From NCBI RefSeq assembly GCF_036321535.1, contig NC_087444.1, positions 77,066,001 through 77,130,000 of the forward strand: DNA of 64,000 bases, in the 5' to 3' direction. Position 1 is the first letter of the stretch. The number at the start of each line of letters is the position of its first letter. A model generated the notes under the pieces. That model searched no databases, was not told where the DNA came from, and was given only the letters and a program-made list of their open reading frames with translations. Source of the DNA: Camelus dromedarius (taxonomy: Eukaryota). Shown here in pieces: positions 25,272 to 38,600 of this stretch. Position numbers and translations under genes: made by a program.

Positions 25272-26816
25272 AGAATGCCACGTGAAGATGAAAGCAGAGA
25301 TCTAACAAGCCAAAGAACACAAAAGATCTCCAGCAAACCACCAAAAGCTACGCAAGATGCCTAGCACAGATTCTCCCTCACAGCCCTCAGAATCGCCCAG
25401 CACTGCTGACGCCTCAGTCCCAGACTTCTGGTCTCCAGAACCTAAGACAGCCCATTCCTGTTACTGAGCCATCCAATTTGTGGTTCTTGGTTACAGCAGC
25501 TCCAGCAAACAAATAACAAAATTCAGACAGTCTTTCAAACATCCAGACCTGACCCTGTCTCTCCCCTTTGAGATCTTCCAATAGCTCCCAGTCACTCACA
25601 AACAAATAAATCAAACTTCTCTTCCTGGTGTTCATGGCCTTTCAGGATCTGGGCCCTGCCTACCGCTCCATCCTCATCCCCATTAAGGAGGCTAATGCAG
25701 TGATTCAGTCAAAAGAACTTGCATCTGGGCAGGGGCCATGGGGATGGAGGGGAGGAGAAGGATCTGAGAGATTTGAGAGAAGAAGGAACAGGGCATGAGG
25801 AGTGACTGATGTCAGGGGTATGAGATCTGAAGTGTGATCAGTGGGGAGCATGAGAGGCACCTGTGAAACATCGGCGAGCTGATCTGGGTTGTCAGATGAA
25901 GCTCCTAGAGAAGACATGTCTAAGGTGTCTTGCACAGTGCCTGGCAATTATTAAGTGCTAAATAAAAGAATAATGAATAAATAAATGAATGAAGATTCAT
26001 TCAGCCAGGCAAGGTAGCCTGGGCATCTAGACAGGCAGAGACTGGGAGGGGTTGGCAATTTAGGCCAGGAGACCCCAAAACGGGGGAATCCACACTCACC
26101 TACCTGCTCGATCTCCCGGCAGCGCCGACCTAGCGCCTGGTACTTCCTGCGATTTAGTTCCCGCTGGCGCCGCCGCCGGCCCCGGGCTGCCTCTTCCTCT
26201 TCATCTCGCTCCCGGAGCCCCGAGCCACCCAGACCCCCGGACACAAACTCCACTTCTGTCTCAAGCTCGCTCTCCAGGATGTGACCACCGAACAGCGGAG
26301 GCAGCGCCAACTCGGAGCCTGGCGGGGCTGAGAACTCTTCAAAGCCGACGGCTGCCATGGTCCTGTAAGGTCAGGGGACTCAGGGACCCTGAACCCCCAG
26401 CACCTAGTCCCTCCTCCCTCAGAACAGGAGCCAAGCCTCTAGCCCCTCCTTCCTCGGACGCAGGAGTCCAGGGCCCTCAGCCCTCCCTTCCCAGGATCCC
26501 GGAGTTCAGACCTCCAGTTTCTTCCTTCCGGAGTACCATGTCCCCAACTCCTCACTCAGACCCAGGAGTCCCGGCATCCCACCTCCCCGTCTCTCAGATC
26601 CAGGAGTCTGGACCAGTAGCCTTCTCCCGGACCAGGACGCCGGAATACGGACCCCAGTCCCTAAAAGAGTTCTAAGTCAAAGCAGTTGGAGCAACGGCAA
26701 TCCCCATCAGCCCTCAGGGTAAAAGCGCGGAAGGCTGACACCATGCAGCCGCAGTGTCTCTTGGGATTCGTAGTTTTCCTCAAAGCCACTCACCCCTCTC
26801 TCTGCTCCAGTTCCAT
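20357..26816 (-). CDS. TFPT: TCF3 fusion partner / INO80 complex subunit F (Amida), 253 aa, 6 exons
   Basis: Exons on minus strand: 26794-26816 (MELEQREG), 26104-26362 ([18 protein letters not shown]...REIEQ), 23287-23357 ([13 protein letters not shown]...), 21163-21232 ([23 protein letters not shown]), 20860-21078, 20357-20476 ([13 protein letters not shown]...PPFD*); 762 nt; all GT/AG. Confidence 0.98.
22130..22570. mobile_element. L1 3' fragment followed by MER3/MER33-like relic in TFPT intron 3
   Basis: acataacataaaatttacc...gtggcattaagtgcattcacattgttatgcaaccaccacc; gtggctactgagcactgagaaagtg. Confidence 0.55.
25062..25519 (+). mobile_element. Near full-length MLT1 solo LTR with internal (AC)16
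   Basis: TG...CA termini; cccagtaccacagaatgtgaccttatttgga...cagattctccctcacagccctcag...tttgtggttcttggttacagcagc. Confidence 0.8.
25238..25269. repeat. (AC)16 microsatellite
   Basis: Read directly from the sequence. Confidence 0.95.
26400..26660 (+). repeat. Degenerate MSR1-like minisatellite, about 6-7 units, in TFPT intron 1
   Basis: Units such as cctagtccctcctccctcagaacaggagccaagc, ctctagcccctccttcctcggacgcaggagtccagggc and ctcctcactcagacccaggagtcccggc. Confidence 0.75.
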
Positions 26817-27480
26817 CTCTCTCCCGCTCTGGTAGCCCCAGGCCTCAGAACTTCCAACCTCGGCAGCCTCTAGGTCAAGTCGTTTGCAAAACTACCTGTC
26901 CCATCAGGCTTCACGGTCACAGCATCCGGGACGCGGCCGCTACACCTTCTGGGAGCTGTAGTTTCCTATTTCCGGCCTCGCTCACCAACCCCTCCACCTC
27001 CACCCCGACTCCTGGCTTAAAGGCCTTGCTTTCTCGTCGAACGCCTCCACCAGTTATCTCAGTTGCCCTCGCCTTTATTCTTGCCTTGACACCCCGTCGT
27101 CAGACCACGGCGATTCTCCGCTTATCGGGCTCAGTCCACAGTAGGCGATAAGCCGGATAATCCTCCTCTCCTCTCTCCAGCTCACCCCTTCTCTGCCTAG
27201 CGGGAGGTACTAATAAAGTTGTTGTTCCAAACGCCGCAGGACGGGGGCCAATCAGAGCGCAACATTGCCTCCACGACGGCGCGAGCGTGAGACGTCATCA
27301 GTGAGCGTCGACCGCTGTTGGGAAGCGAATTTCCTAGAAACGGTCGTGCGGAGAGAGAGGAGGTGAGTGTGAGGGAGCCGAGGGGAGGGCGGGAGGACGG
27401 ATTCCTGGGTCTAGGGGAGGAAGTGTGTAAGGAGGACGGCGGGCCTTCATAGACCGACTCCTTGAAGGTCTCATATGCTC
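26700..27480. promoter_or_regulatory. Bidirectional CpG-island promoter TFPT / PRPF31
   Basis: CpG-dense; three ACTACnnnTCCCA motifs (26762-26774 minus, 26891-26903 plus, 26950-26962 minus); CCAAT at 27248; CRE-like AGACGTCA 27290-27297. Confidence 0.85.
27300..27362 (+). other. PRPF31: PRPF31 non-coding exon 1 (5' boundary approximate)
   Basis: Strong donor GAG|GTGAGT at 27362/27363 inside the CpG island; next acceptor ccccacag|GCCTCAGTATG at 29608 precedes the start codon. Confidence 0.75.
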
Positions 27481-28549
27481 CTACAGTGTTACGGCCCTGG
27501 GCATATAGCAGGAGCGAAAAATTGTTCCCGGTCCTCTTAGCGGTTTGCTTGGTGCCTGGGGAGACAGGCTCAGTCAAGTAATTACTTAAATAATCACAGG
27601 TGTGTGAAGCGCCTTAGGGTACTCACAGGGCGTGCGGGGTGTGTTTCACCAGGCAACCTGTCTAACCTGGAGTGGGGTGCGTGAGTCAGGGAGCTGGAAT
27701 ATAGGGTAAGAATTGAAGGAAGAGGAGGTGTTGAGCCAATAAAAAGTGAGGGGAAGAAGACCTCAAGTGAGAGGAAGAAGTTGGTAAGCGAAAGAAATGT
27801 GAGAAGGACTTGTGGGCTTGGCTTGGGGTGGGGGCTGGAGAGGTTGGCTGGAAGCAAGCGATGTCGTATCTACTCCGCGCCAGGTGCTACGCCGGATGAT
27901 GGGGATAGTGCAGAGTGAACAAAGTGGTCCCTGTTCTCATAGAAATTTTAGCTTAATGGAGGAGATGAGCATACAACAAAATATTAGAAATTTAGAGAAT
28001 CTCCAGTGTTGAAATTAACTAACGGGGTCATAAGATGGGTACAGCGGGATAGGATCTAGTCTCAGGGTCAGAGCAGATTCATACCGCAAGAAATAACGTT
28101 TGTGTCCCTATTTCAGGGGTGAAAAAATAATATATTCAGATATCTGGAGAAAGGAGACCATAATGTGATGGGTATAAGGATTAAATAAAATTGTTCATTC
28201 ATTTGCTGATTATTTCTTGGATACCTTCTATGTGCTAGACATTCTGCTACAGCAGCTACAGCAGCAAACAAACAGATACAGTCCCTGCTTACAGTTTAGT
28301 GGGGAAACAGAAAAGAGAGAATAAGAAGAGATATTTGAGTCATCTATGGGGATTGGGTTGTGTTCTATAAAGAAAGAGTTTCTGTTATTGGGAGAAAGTG
28401 AGAGGAGAGCTTTAGAGAAAGGTGTGTGAGAGATAATGTAGATGCGTTTACAAGGAAAAACTGGGTCTTATAAAGAGAAGTGAGTATAACGGGGACAGTG
28501 CATCTTAGGGAGAAAGAAGAATATCAGAGGAGACTGACCTGAGACAATT

Positions 28550-28830
28550 GAGCATCAACTGGCAGCTCAAGGGCCAAATCTTTCCTGTAATTGTTTTGGT
28601 TTGGTAGTTCGTTTATTTTTATGTAAATTATCCATTTAAACAATAAAAAAAGAAACTTTTCAAGCTGGGAGGTTCCACGTAAAAATTCTGAATTTCTTAC
28701 TTTTTGAAAAAAACTAGAATACCTGGCAACATGGAGCCCATGCTCCCACCAGCAGGACGTGTCTGAAGCTTAGCATTGGCTGTGCTTTTACATCAAGCGT
28801 GATTCCCTAGTTCTCCAGGCTCCCCATCTC
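28550..28830. mobile_element. hAT-Charlie relic (MER102-like) in PRPF31 intron 1
   Basis: gggccaaatc...tgaaaaaaactagaatacctggcaacatggagccc pattern. Confidence 0.45.
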
Positions 28831-29615
28831 CCTGTTGCCCAGCCCCCAGCCCGACTCACTCTCTATGTCACCCACTTAGCCTCTGTGGATGTAGTTCGCA
28901 GCCTTGGTTTGTCTTATGGAAAGAGAAGAAAAAAAAAAGGAAGAGGGAGAAGTTTTCTTATTAAAAAAAAAAAAAAAAGCAGTGGTGGGGACACAATGGT
29001 GGGGATTGTGCCTTGCTGAGTAGTGCTTCCCAACCTTTTCCACTGCGTGGGACTCACAGAAGGTACTGACATCCGTCCAACACCTGGGATAGGTGAGGAG
29101 GCTGCTCATGGCCAGAGGTGATTGGCTTGGCGGTTCTAGACATTTTAGGCCCCACTCGGTTTTCCTGAGATGAGTATTTTAGGATATCTGTCACCCATTT
29201 GAGGCCCAACAGTTAGTGATGAGGGGCCTCTGCTATAGGGAGAAAAGGGACACTAGGAGAGGTTGGGTCTCATCAAGGAGAGGGTGCACTTGTAGTTCTC
29301 AGCGAAGTGGTGGTGTGAGGGGTGTGCTGTGTCTCCTCCAGTGGAGTGAGTGTGAGAAGGGTAGGTAGCCTTAATTATGATTGGAGACCATCTGGTTCTG
29401 GGGGGTTTGTTCATGGGTTAAGTCAGCGGGTATTTATTTAGCACCTGTTCTGTGCCAGGCAGATTAGAAACTGGAGAACGAAGCAAACGAATATCCCTGT
29501 TCTTGTGGAGCCTGCATGCTAGGGAGTTGATCAAGAAGGACCAGGGCCTTCTGGCAGGGGAGGCCCATCCCAGCAATGAGGGGGGACCCTGCTCTTCCTC
29601 CCCACAGGCCTCAGT

Positions 29616-32600
29616 ATGTCTCTGGCCGACGAGCTCCTGGCTGACCTGGAGGAGGCAGCAGAAGAGGAGGAAGGAGGGAGCTATGGGGAGGAGGAGGAGG
29701 AGCCAGCGATTGAGGATGTGCAGGAGGAGACTCAGCTGGATCTTTCCGGGGACTCGGTCAAGAGCATCGCCAAGCTGTGGGACAGCAAGATGGTGAGAGG
29801 GGCTCCTGGGAAGGCGGCGCGGGCAGGAGCTCGTCTTCCTGGAGGGACCTGAGGTCTGACTCTCCTTTCCGCCCCGAACAGTTCGCCGAGATCATGATGA
29901 AGATTGAGGAGTATATCAGCAAGCAGGCCAGCGCCGCGGAAGGTACCCCGCCCTCCCGCCCCACCTCCTCCCGCTGGGCCCCTCGGCCCTTCGTCAGCTT
30001 GTGGCCTTGCGAATTGGTTCTTCCTCTCACCCTTTGCCAGAGCCCCCTTCTCTTCCAACCAACCCAGTTCTCTGCTATCCTGAGAATATCCTGCATTCCA
30101 GAGCAGACACGTCTAAAGTTCCTGCCCTGAATGCTTCATAATTATGCCAGGACCCATCTCAAGGCTTCCCAGACTTCATCGACTCACATGATCAGTTATA
30201 GAGTTCTGCCACATATGCAAAATGCTTCTCTTATTATTTACTTAGGGTTTTTAAGTCAACGTACTTTTTCCTTAAATTTACCTAGGAAGGAAAGATACCG
30301 CTGCTGTGAGTGGAAAGGTGGTATCACTTGGTAAATTGGAAGTAACCACGAAAATACAAAAAAGCAGCCACAAAAATTAGGAAAGCATCAGCTGAAATCT
30401 TTTCTCACTTCAGCTGTGAGGAAAGCTGGGTTCTCTGAGAGTTCAGACAGCTCTGTAGAGGATGAACCTGTTGCCACCCCTTTTCCTGGTGAAACTGGGG
30501 CTCCCAAATGGAATTCCTCTGCAGCAGGAAGCCAAGGGAAGTGTTTCGGCCGAGGAGTGGTATAGTCAGAGCAGGGTTTCAGGGAGACTCACTCTTTGCT
30601 TCCTTCCTTTATCATTTTCCTGAGACACCGTGGGGGCCAGGCCTCTGTGGGCCTCTGCTCTCACGTTGCTCAGGGTCTAGAGGAGCAGCAGACCAGGTTC
30701 CAGACAGCCATTGGTGGGCAGTGCTTGCTGGGGTGGAGGGGGCTGCAGGAGAGGCCGGCTGATCCCACCTCGGGTCAGGGAAGAACTGATATCTGAAGTG
30801 GACCCTGAAGCATGAGTCCACGCGCCAGGCCGAGAACAGGGGCACGTGTGCCCAGGGACAGAGCTGCACAGGCATGGCCTCGGCATCCCTGGCCAGGGGG
30901 AGGCCAAAGGAGGCCCCAGGTCCCGCAGGGTTTCCAGTGCCGGACCAGAGAGCTTCTCGATCCAGAGAGCCGTAGTGGGTCAGAGAAGTGACATTTCCTG
31001 GTGTAGGCCCGGCTCGAGGACCAGCACGCGCCCAGTGCCTGGTAGGGGAGGTAGACACGAAACATCTCAAAACTGAGTGGTGATCATTTCCGACGGATGT
31101 GGCGGGCATGTGGTGGGAGCACAGGGAAGGCGCCTGACCCTCCTGGAAGGTGAGGGAGGCATTCTTAGGCGCCTTCTGAGCCTTAAGGATGTAGCGGCAC
31201 TTGAGCATCACAGTTAAGAACACAGACTTGGGGCAGATTTCAGCTCTGTCATCTGCTGGCTCTGTGACATCAGGCCATGTCCTTCTGTTTCTTTGCAGCA
31301 TTGGTCTGATTTAACACCAGCCTCCCTGGGTGGTTGTGGGTAAAATAAGTTAAAGTCTGAAGAGTTTTCTGGAAATAAATGTAAGGAAGGGAAGAGGGAA
31401 CAACACAGGCAAAGGCCAGGAGGAGAGTGAAGCAGCCCCGAGTGTTCAGGGCATTGCACTGGGGCTGCAGCCATGGGAAACAGACACGGTTCTTGTCCTC
31501 ATATGTCATGTAAGAGGCCTCAAGCATCACTCTGGGGTGCCTGGCTGTCAGCCTTCGGCGTGGGGAGCCCCAGGAGGGTTGAGTTCCCGGGCGAGGTCAA
31601 GTCTAGAATGGCCTGGAAAGGGAGATGGGGGGTCTGCAGACACGGAAACCTGTCCCCTCATCTCTTCAGCCCGCCCTCCTGCTCCCCTCCTGCCTCATCC
31701 CTCGTCTCTCCGAGCTGTGGGGTCTGGGAGTGGGTGGGTGCCTAGTCGCACACCCACACCAGGCTGTTTCTCATCCTCACAGTGATGGGCCCTGTGGAGG
31801 CGGCCCCCGAGTACCGGGTCATTGTGGACGCCAACAACCTGACAGTGGAGATCGAGAACGAGCTGAGTGAGTGGCGGGAAGGGCAGGCAGAGACAGCCCT
31901 GCCTGATGTCCCTCCTCCGGAGGGCTGGGCAGGATCCCAGGCCACCCTTCCCGCTGGCCCTCACCCCAGGGTCTGCCCCCCATCCCCTGTATTGGCTCCA
32001 GCCCGGGTTCAGCTGCTGTAACAGCGTGGTTAAGTGAGAAGGAGACATATTTTTTTCTGTGAAAGTCTGAATGAGGAGTCCAGGCTCTTTGTATCTTGTT
32101 GATCTGCCAGCTATTTCATGGCACAAGGTGACTGCCCACCTTCAGCCATCACCTGCACATCCCCATCAGAAAACAGTGGAGAGTAGAGGAGGGTATGTCT
32201 TTTTCCCTTAAGGAGTGATCTGGAAGTTGCACATATGACTTCAGCTCACATCTTGTGGAGCAGAACTAACTCCCGTGGCCCATCCAGCAGTAAGGGTGGC
32301 TGGGAAGTGCAGCCTCTGTGCTGGGTGTCCATGAGCCCGGCTACAATTAGGGGTTCCCCTACTGAAGGCAGAGGGGGAAGCATGCTGGGGGAGCCAGCAG
32401 AGTAGCCTGCCCCTCATCGGACTCCCACCCTCCCCACCCCCTCAGACATCATCCACAAGTTCATCCGGGACAAGTACTCAAAGCGGTTTCCTGAGCTGGA
32501 GTCGCTAGTCCCCAGCGCACTGGATTACATCCGCACCGTCAAGGTGAGCGGGGGACGGGGACTCCTCGGCCCCCCTGAGTGTGAAGGGACGTAGGGACGC

Positions 32601-35600
32601 TCTCTTGGACACCCCGCTCCCAGGTCTAAGGGAAAGGTAGCTGGCCTGGTGATCTCAGGGAACAAGAGAGGAAGTGAGGAGGTGAGGTGGAAGAGGTCAG
32701 ATCACGTCTCACCTCTTAGGCTCTGGGTCTTAGGGGAATGCCACCATGGGAGTGTTGGGCTCATGAAGGTGGGGACACCAGCAGAGGCTCCCGTGTGAGT
32801 CCAGGAGAAGACAAGCCAGTGGCAGGGGACATCCATGCAAGGAAGTGACGCGGTCAGGCCTGCACAAGGTCGATGCGGGCAGCAGACCTGTCGGGGCAGC
32901 AGGTCCTCCCTAGGTGGCTCGTCTGCTCGGGTCCGTTTCCAGAGCAGCCAACACTGACCTTGCTGCTTTGAGCAGTGAAGCTGTCGGAAGTGGTGGGAGG
33001 CAGGGGAGCGTCCTGTGTCCAGACCCCGCTTCCCCATTGTCCCTGGAAGAGACCCGAGTGGGTGTGGGAGCAGGAGAGGTTCCAGGGCTTCCTGAGGGTC
33101 CGTGCCTCCCCGCTTCTTGCCTCCTCGCCCCCAGGAGCTGGGCAACAGCCTGGACAAGTGCAAGAACAACGAGAACCTGCAGCAGATCCTGACCAATGCC
33201 ACCATCATGGTGGTGAGCGTCACCGCCTCCACCACCCAGGGGTGCGTACACAGCGGGGAGAAGGCACTGGGCCCGCCTCAGCTCCACCTCAGCAGACGAT
33301 GATCTTGGGGTCCCAGTGGCACAGGTGTCAGCCTGAGGAGGACAGTTCATTTCAGTTTCGTGCGTGTTTAATGAGCACCTCCTGTAAGCCAGGGGCTGTG
33401 CTGGGCTCAGGGGGTCCCCAGAGAGTGGGGACCCAGGCTTCCCCCCGCCCAGAACCTGTAGTCTTGAGAGGTGAGGCAGAGGGCAGACCTGTAATTAGAA
33501 GTATCTGTTTCTGGTCTGTTGTCCACGCACTAGAATAAAAGCCGGGTCTCCACCTGCCCCTCTGGCATCTGTGCGGTGTTCAGAAAAGGAAACATCTTTG
33601 ACTCCATAGCAGAGCCCTGTGGGTGGAGACCCCCCCAGGCTGTCATCCTGTTGGTTGAGCAGATGCTGACAGAACACTGGGCACTGTTCTGAGGATGGAG
33701 TTCAGAGAACTTAGCAAAGCGGAGCTGCTGTCCAGGAGGAGGCAGGTGTGCACATAGGCCAGAGGCCAAACGGCAAGGGTCAGGGTACTGAGGCAGCACT
33801 GAGGAGGGGCACTTACCCAGGCTGGATCAGGGTGGCTTCCTGGAGGTGGTGACGACTCAGTCTCAGGCAGGGACCAAGCTCTCCAGTGGGAGGGAGGACA
33901 AGCCGGCCTGTAACTTGCTGCTGCCAAGGGGTGACCTTGGGTGCGTCAGCCCTTCTGAGGCTCGGTTGCAGAGAGACCGTGGGCTCCACGGTCTCTCCCC
34001 TGCACGCCTTATAGTTTGGCTGGGGCAGCTGAGTGAGGAAGGGGCATGGCATGGCCCAGGAGTCCTGGGGGCTGGGTTCTGTCACTGGCCCTGCAGCCTC
34101 AGGCCGGTCCCCTTCTCCCTCGGGCCCTCTGTTCCTCTGTAAGACGGGGCAACAGCCGACCCTCTCTGTGCTTTTATTCAGCACACACCCGCCCAGCACC
34201 TTCTGTGTGCTGGGGACGTGCTGGGCCCGCCGCCAGGACCAGCATGAGCCCCGCTCTGAGGGCTGGCCGTCTAGTGCAGGAAGCAGGCGGGAGGTGGAGA
34301 GGCTGGGAATAGGTGTGGTTGATGGCAGCTGGTGATGGTGTTTGAGGGACAGCAGGGTGGGCCGGGTGTCACAAGGCTGTGACCTAGAGGGTGTGTGGCA
34401 GCTCAGGGGAGAGCGTTTCAGGAGGAGGGAAACCTGCAAACATTCCAACTCAGGCATGGCCTTGGCAGGGCTGCTTCCCTCAGGCAGGGACTGGAATGGG
34501 CAGGACAAGCACCCTCCGCCACCAGGGTGGGTGAGGGTGGTTCTGACCAAGAACTGGCTCCCAGCAGCCCTTGTTTCTAAGCCTCGGGACCTACGGGACT
34601 TGTCATTGTCCTACATACAAGTGCACACGCACAGCTGGGGGGATCCAGGGCTCCCGCACCTGCCAGACAGGATACCCGGGAGGTGGGGGTCCGTCCCAGC
34701 CACACCCTTACCCCTGCAGGCAGCAGCTGTCGGAGGAGGAGCTGGAGCGGCTGGAGGAGGCCTGCGACATGGCACTGGAGCTGAACGCCTCCAAGCACCG
34801 CATCTACGAGTACGTGGAGTCGCGGATGTCCTTCATCGCGCCCAACCTGTCCATCATCATCGGGGCATCCACGGCCGCCAAGATCATGGGTGAGGCCTGG
34901 GCTGGGGTGGGGCAGAGGGGCATCCCTGAGCAGTGGTGGTCCCAGGGGCCGTGTGACCTTGGGGAAGTCATGTCCCTTTTCTGTAAAATGGGGATTTGGC
35001 CCCAGGGCCCCAGCACCCTGTCCCCCCTCGCCCTCACCTACCCACTCCTGGAGATCACAGGGGCCCATCAGCCTGATTTTCATACAGACCCAGAGAAAGG
35101 ATGGCGGCCCTGAGCCTGGTCAGCCCCTGAGTCTCTGGCAGAGCCTGTAGAGGAAAGAGGCAGTGTGGCCGGTGCAAAGGCCAGTGTGTCTGGGCAGCTC
35201 CTAGCTGTCTGAGCCTCAGTGTTTGCCGCTGGGGATGCTGGTCCTGGCAGTGTGCCAGGACTAGAAGCAGCCCCTTCCTCCTCAGGGGGCTCTCTGCAGC
35301 TTCATAGTGCCCCTCAGGCCCCTGGCCCCCTCAACCCAGAACACTTCTGGGAGCAGGGGAGCATGGTAAAGCAGTTAAGTTAGTCAGCTCAGGCTGCCAT
35401 AATGGGGTACCACAGACCGGGGGTCTTCAACAACCAAGATCTGGTCCCTCACTGCCCTGGAGCTGGGAGTCTGAGATCAGGGTGTCGGCAGGGCTGGTTC
35501 CTTCCGCGAGCCTCTCTCCTTGGCTCACTGGGACAGCGGTCTTTGCTTTAGGGCCCATCCTATGACGTCATTTCACCTCGATCACCTCCTTAAATGCCCT

Positions 35601-38600
35601 GTCTCCAAATACAGTCACATTCTGAGGTGTGGGGAAGGGGCAGTGGCGGGGTTAGGACCTCAACCTGTGAGTTTGAGGGGACACAGTTCAGCCCATGACA
35701 GAGCTCTGGGGGCAGGTTGCAGGGTGGAAGGGTGGTCTGCGAGCAGGTTAAACTCGGGTGTGGCTCCTGCTCCTCCCCCACTGACCTCACATATTTGGGC
35801 AGATAACGTCACGTGCCTCGGTTTCCCCAGTTGCACCCGGGGTGGGGGGTGTGCTAGTGTCCTGTTGCTGCCATAACAAATGACAGCAAACCGAGAGGCC
35901 TGAGCCACGCAGCGTATCGTCTGACAGTGCGGAGCTCAGAACCCACTGTGGGCCTCTCTGAGCTAAAACGAGGGTGTCGGCAGAGCTGCGTCCAACCAGA
36001 AATTCGTGTGACGGCACATGGCAAGCCCCCAGGTAAACGCCCATGTTCCTTCTGAACTCCTTCCCTCCCTCCCTTGGNNNNNNNNNNNNNNNNNNNNNNN
36101 NNNNNNNNNNNNNNNNNNNNNNNNNNNNNNNNNNNNNNNNNNNNNNNNNNNNNNNNNNNNNNNNNNNNNNNNNNNNNNNNNNNNNNNNNNNNNNNNNNNN
36201 NNNNNNNNNNNNNNNNNNNNNNNNNGTCTCTGCCCCCGGTGAGCCCCCCACAGAGCCTTCTGCAGGGCCCCGAAGGGCAGCCCCCTTGCTCCTCGGTGCC
36301 CGGTGGTCACTGCTGACCACAGTGGTCAGGACCCCGGAGGATGGGCCACACAGGGTGAGAGAACAAGGGCGTGGAGCTGATGGGCCAGGCTGGGGTTCTG
36401 GCTGCACCTCTTATCAACCAGGCAAGAGGCCTGGGCTCTGTGCCTCAGTCTCCCCGAATAAATGGGGACACTGAACCAACTTCATTGGGTCGTGACAGGG
36501 ACTCACTCATGCTCTGAGACCAGGCCTCCCACATAAAAAGCGGCAGAAGCGTTAGCCTGCGAGTTCAGGGTTCCCATGACCACCGTCAGGTTCAGTGACC
36601 ACTAGGGGACCCGCAGAGCTGATCCACCCCGGGTGACGGTTTATCACAGTGAGGGGACCAGAGAGACGTCAGCCGAGGGCAGGCGCGAGAGGTTGGGGTC
36701 CTGTCACCCTCCCCCAGTGCCGCCTGAGACAGCGCACGGAGTCGTCACCCAGGACGTCCATTGGGGCCTCGGGGCTCAGCCTGTGCTGGGCTGGCTGACT
36801 CAAACACCAGCCCGTGTCATGAGGCTTCTCTCAGGCTCACCCAAGGCCAGCACAGGTCCCTGCCCGGGAGCCAGGGCCCAGGCTGGACCCCGCAGGGCAG
36901 AGTGAGGTCCTCCACTGTGCCAGCTGCTGCCGGCTTCAGTGTTTCATCTACTGCTGTCATCACAGACTGGTGGCTGTAGGTTCTACCTGTACCATCTTGC
37001 TCTCCCAAAACACTGGCCCCTACCTTTCCTGGCACATGGCAGGATTTTTGGTGACACACAGATGGGTATTTTAAATTTTAATCGTAACATATGTATTTTC
37101 TCAGTATTTGATGATCTTCCATCCATAGTAATACAGTTAAGTTGTCTGTGCAAACGGGAAAGTAGGTCAAAAAGAAGACACTGACAATGATCACTTGTTA
37201 CAGTAACACGTTATTATAGTAAAGTGCAGCGGTGAGGGTGAAGCCAGGCGGAACTTGAGCTGGTGCTGGCTGGAGTTTTGGAAGTGCTCCCTGATCTGGT
37301 TGAATCCTTGCGCTGACTCTGCCTCCCTTCCCACTGCTCCAGGACCTCCGGCGGAAAGCGGCCCGGCTGGTGGCTGCCAAGTGCACACTGGCTGCCCGCG
37401 TGGACAGCTTCCACGAGAGCACGGAGGGCAAGGTGAGGGACAGGTGGTGTCTGTCCGGGCGACCGGTGGTCTGTCTTGGGGAGAGCTGTCCTCAGGACCC
37501 ACCACGTGTAAGTGCTGTCCTAACAGGGCGGAGGCGGAGCATCTGTCACGTCCCCCGCCGTGTCCCCCAGCGAGGTCAGCTTCTCCCCTTCCTGCCGTGC
37601 GAGTTTCCCGTCGCTGCTGTAACAAATCACCGCAAGTTCAGTGGCCGAAGGCACTGTAGGTCAGAAGTCCATGGTGCGTTTTACTGGCTAGACTCACAGT
37701 GTCGGCAGAGCTCATTTCTTCTGGAGGCTCGAGGGAAGGGCCTTTCCCCTGCTTGTCCCGGCTTCCAGAGGCCACCTGCATCCCTTGGCTTGTGGCCCCT
37801 TCCTCCATCTTCAAAGCCCCCAGGTAGCATCTTCCCGTCCCTTTCTGACCCTGCTTCTGTCTTCACATCCCCTCTGACTCTCTGAAGGACCCCATGATTG
37901 CACTGGGTCTACACTGATGATCGGAGGTATTCTCCCCCTTTCAAGATCCTTAACCTAACCTCACCTGCAGAGTCCTTCTGTCAGGACAGACTTGCAGGGA
38001 CCAGAGAATCAGTTGTGGACACCTCTGGGGGTGGGGGAGGTATTTTTTTGTCAACTATACCAGGATCTGCTCCTCTACTGCACTGTCATCAATCGGGTCA
38101 TCATTCAATCAGCCTGTCTTCCTGGGCAGACTTGTTCTGTGAGAACAGGTCTGTTTTCTGTCTTGCGCGCTATTGCTTTCCAAGCACCCGGCCTGGCACA
38201 GTGTTCAGGGGTTCAGTCTCTCTCGCTGTCCCTGACCACTGGCCTGGGTGCTGGAGGGGGTGGCAGTGAGCCATACAGACAGAAGCCCTGCCTCTGTGGC
38301 ACTTCTACCCTCGCTGGGGGCGGGTGAGGAGACGGCAGCAGGTCACTCTGCAGTGTGTCCACAGTGCAGAGTGGAGTCGAGGGAGAGAGATGAAGCGGCT
38401 TCGGGTGGCAAGGGAGGTTAGACTGATTAACCAGGAAGTCAGGGGGGCCTGCTCTGAGGGGGTGGGGGTTGAACAAAGACCTGCATGCAGTTAGCAGGCG
38501 AGTCCCAAGGGTACTCTGGGGAAGGGTGTCCCACGCAGAAGGAATGATCAGTGCACGGGTCCTGAGGCAGGAGCACAGTGAGCCCCCGGGAGAGGGGGCT

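Noticed and set aside
26400-26660. Regularly spaced 35-38 bp repeats as a CRISPR-like array
   Set aside because: Eukaryotic context, no unique spacers and no cas genes; the units match the MSR1 minisatellite pattern.
33813-35113. Long intronic or antisense ORFs of 168-245 aa in PRPF31
   Set aside because: GC-rich intron frames that overlap MIR/L2-type relics or the antisense of exon 7; no coding signature.
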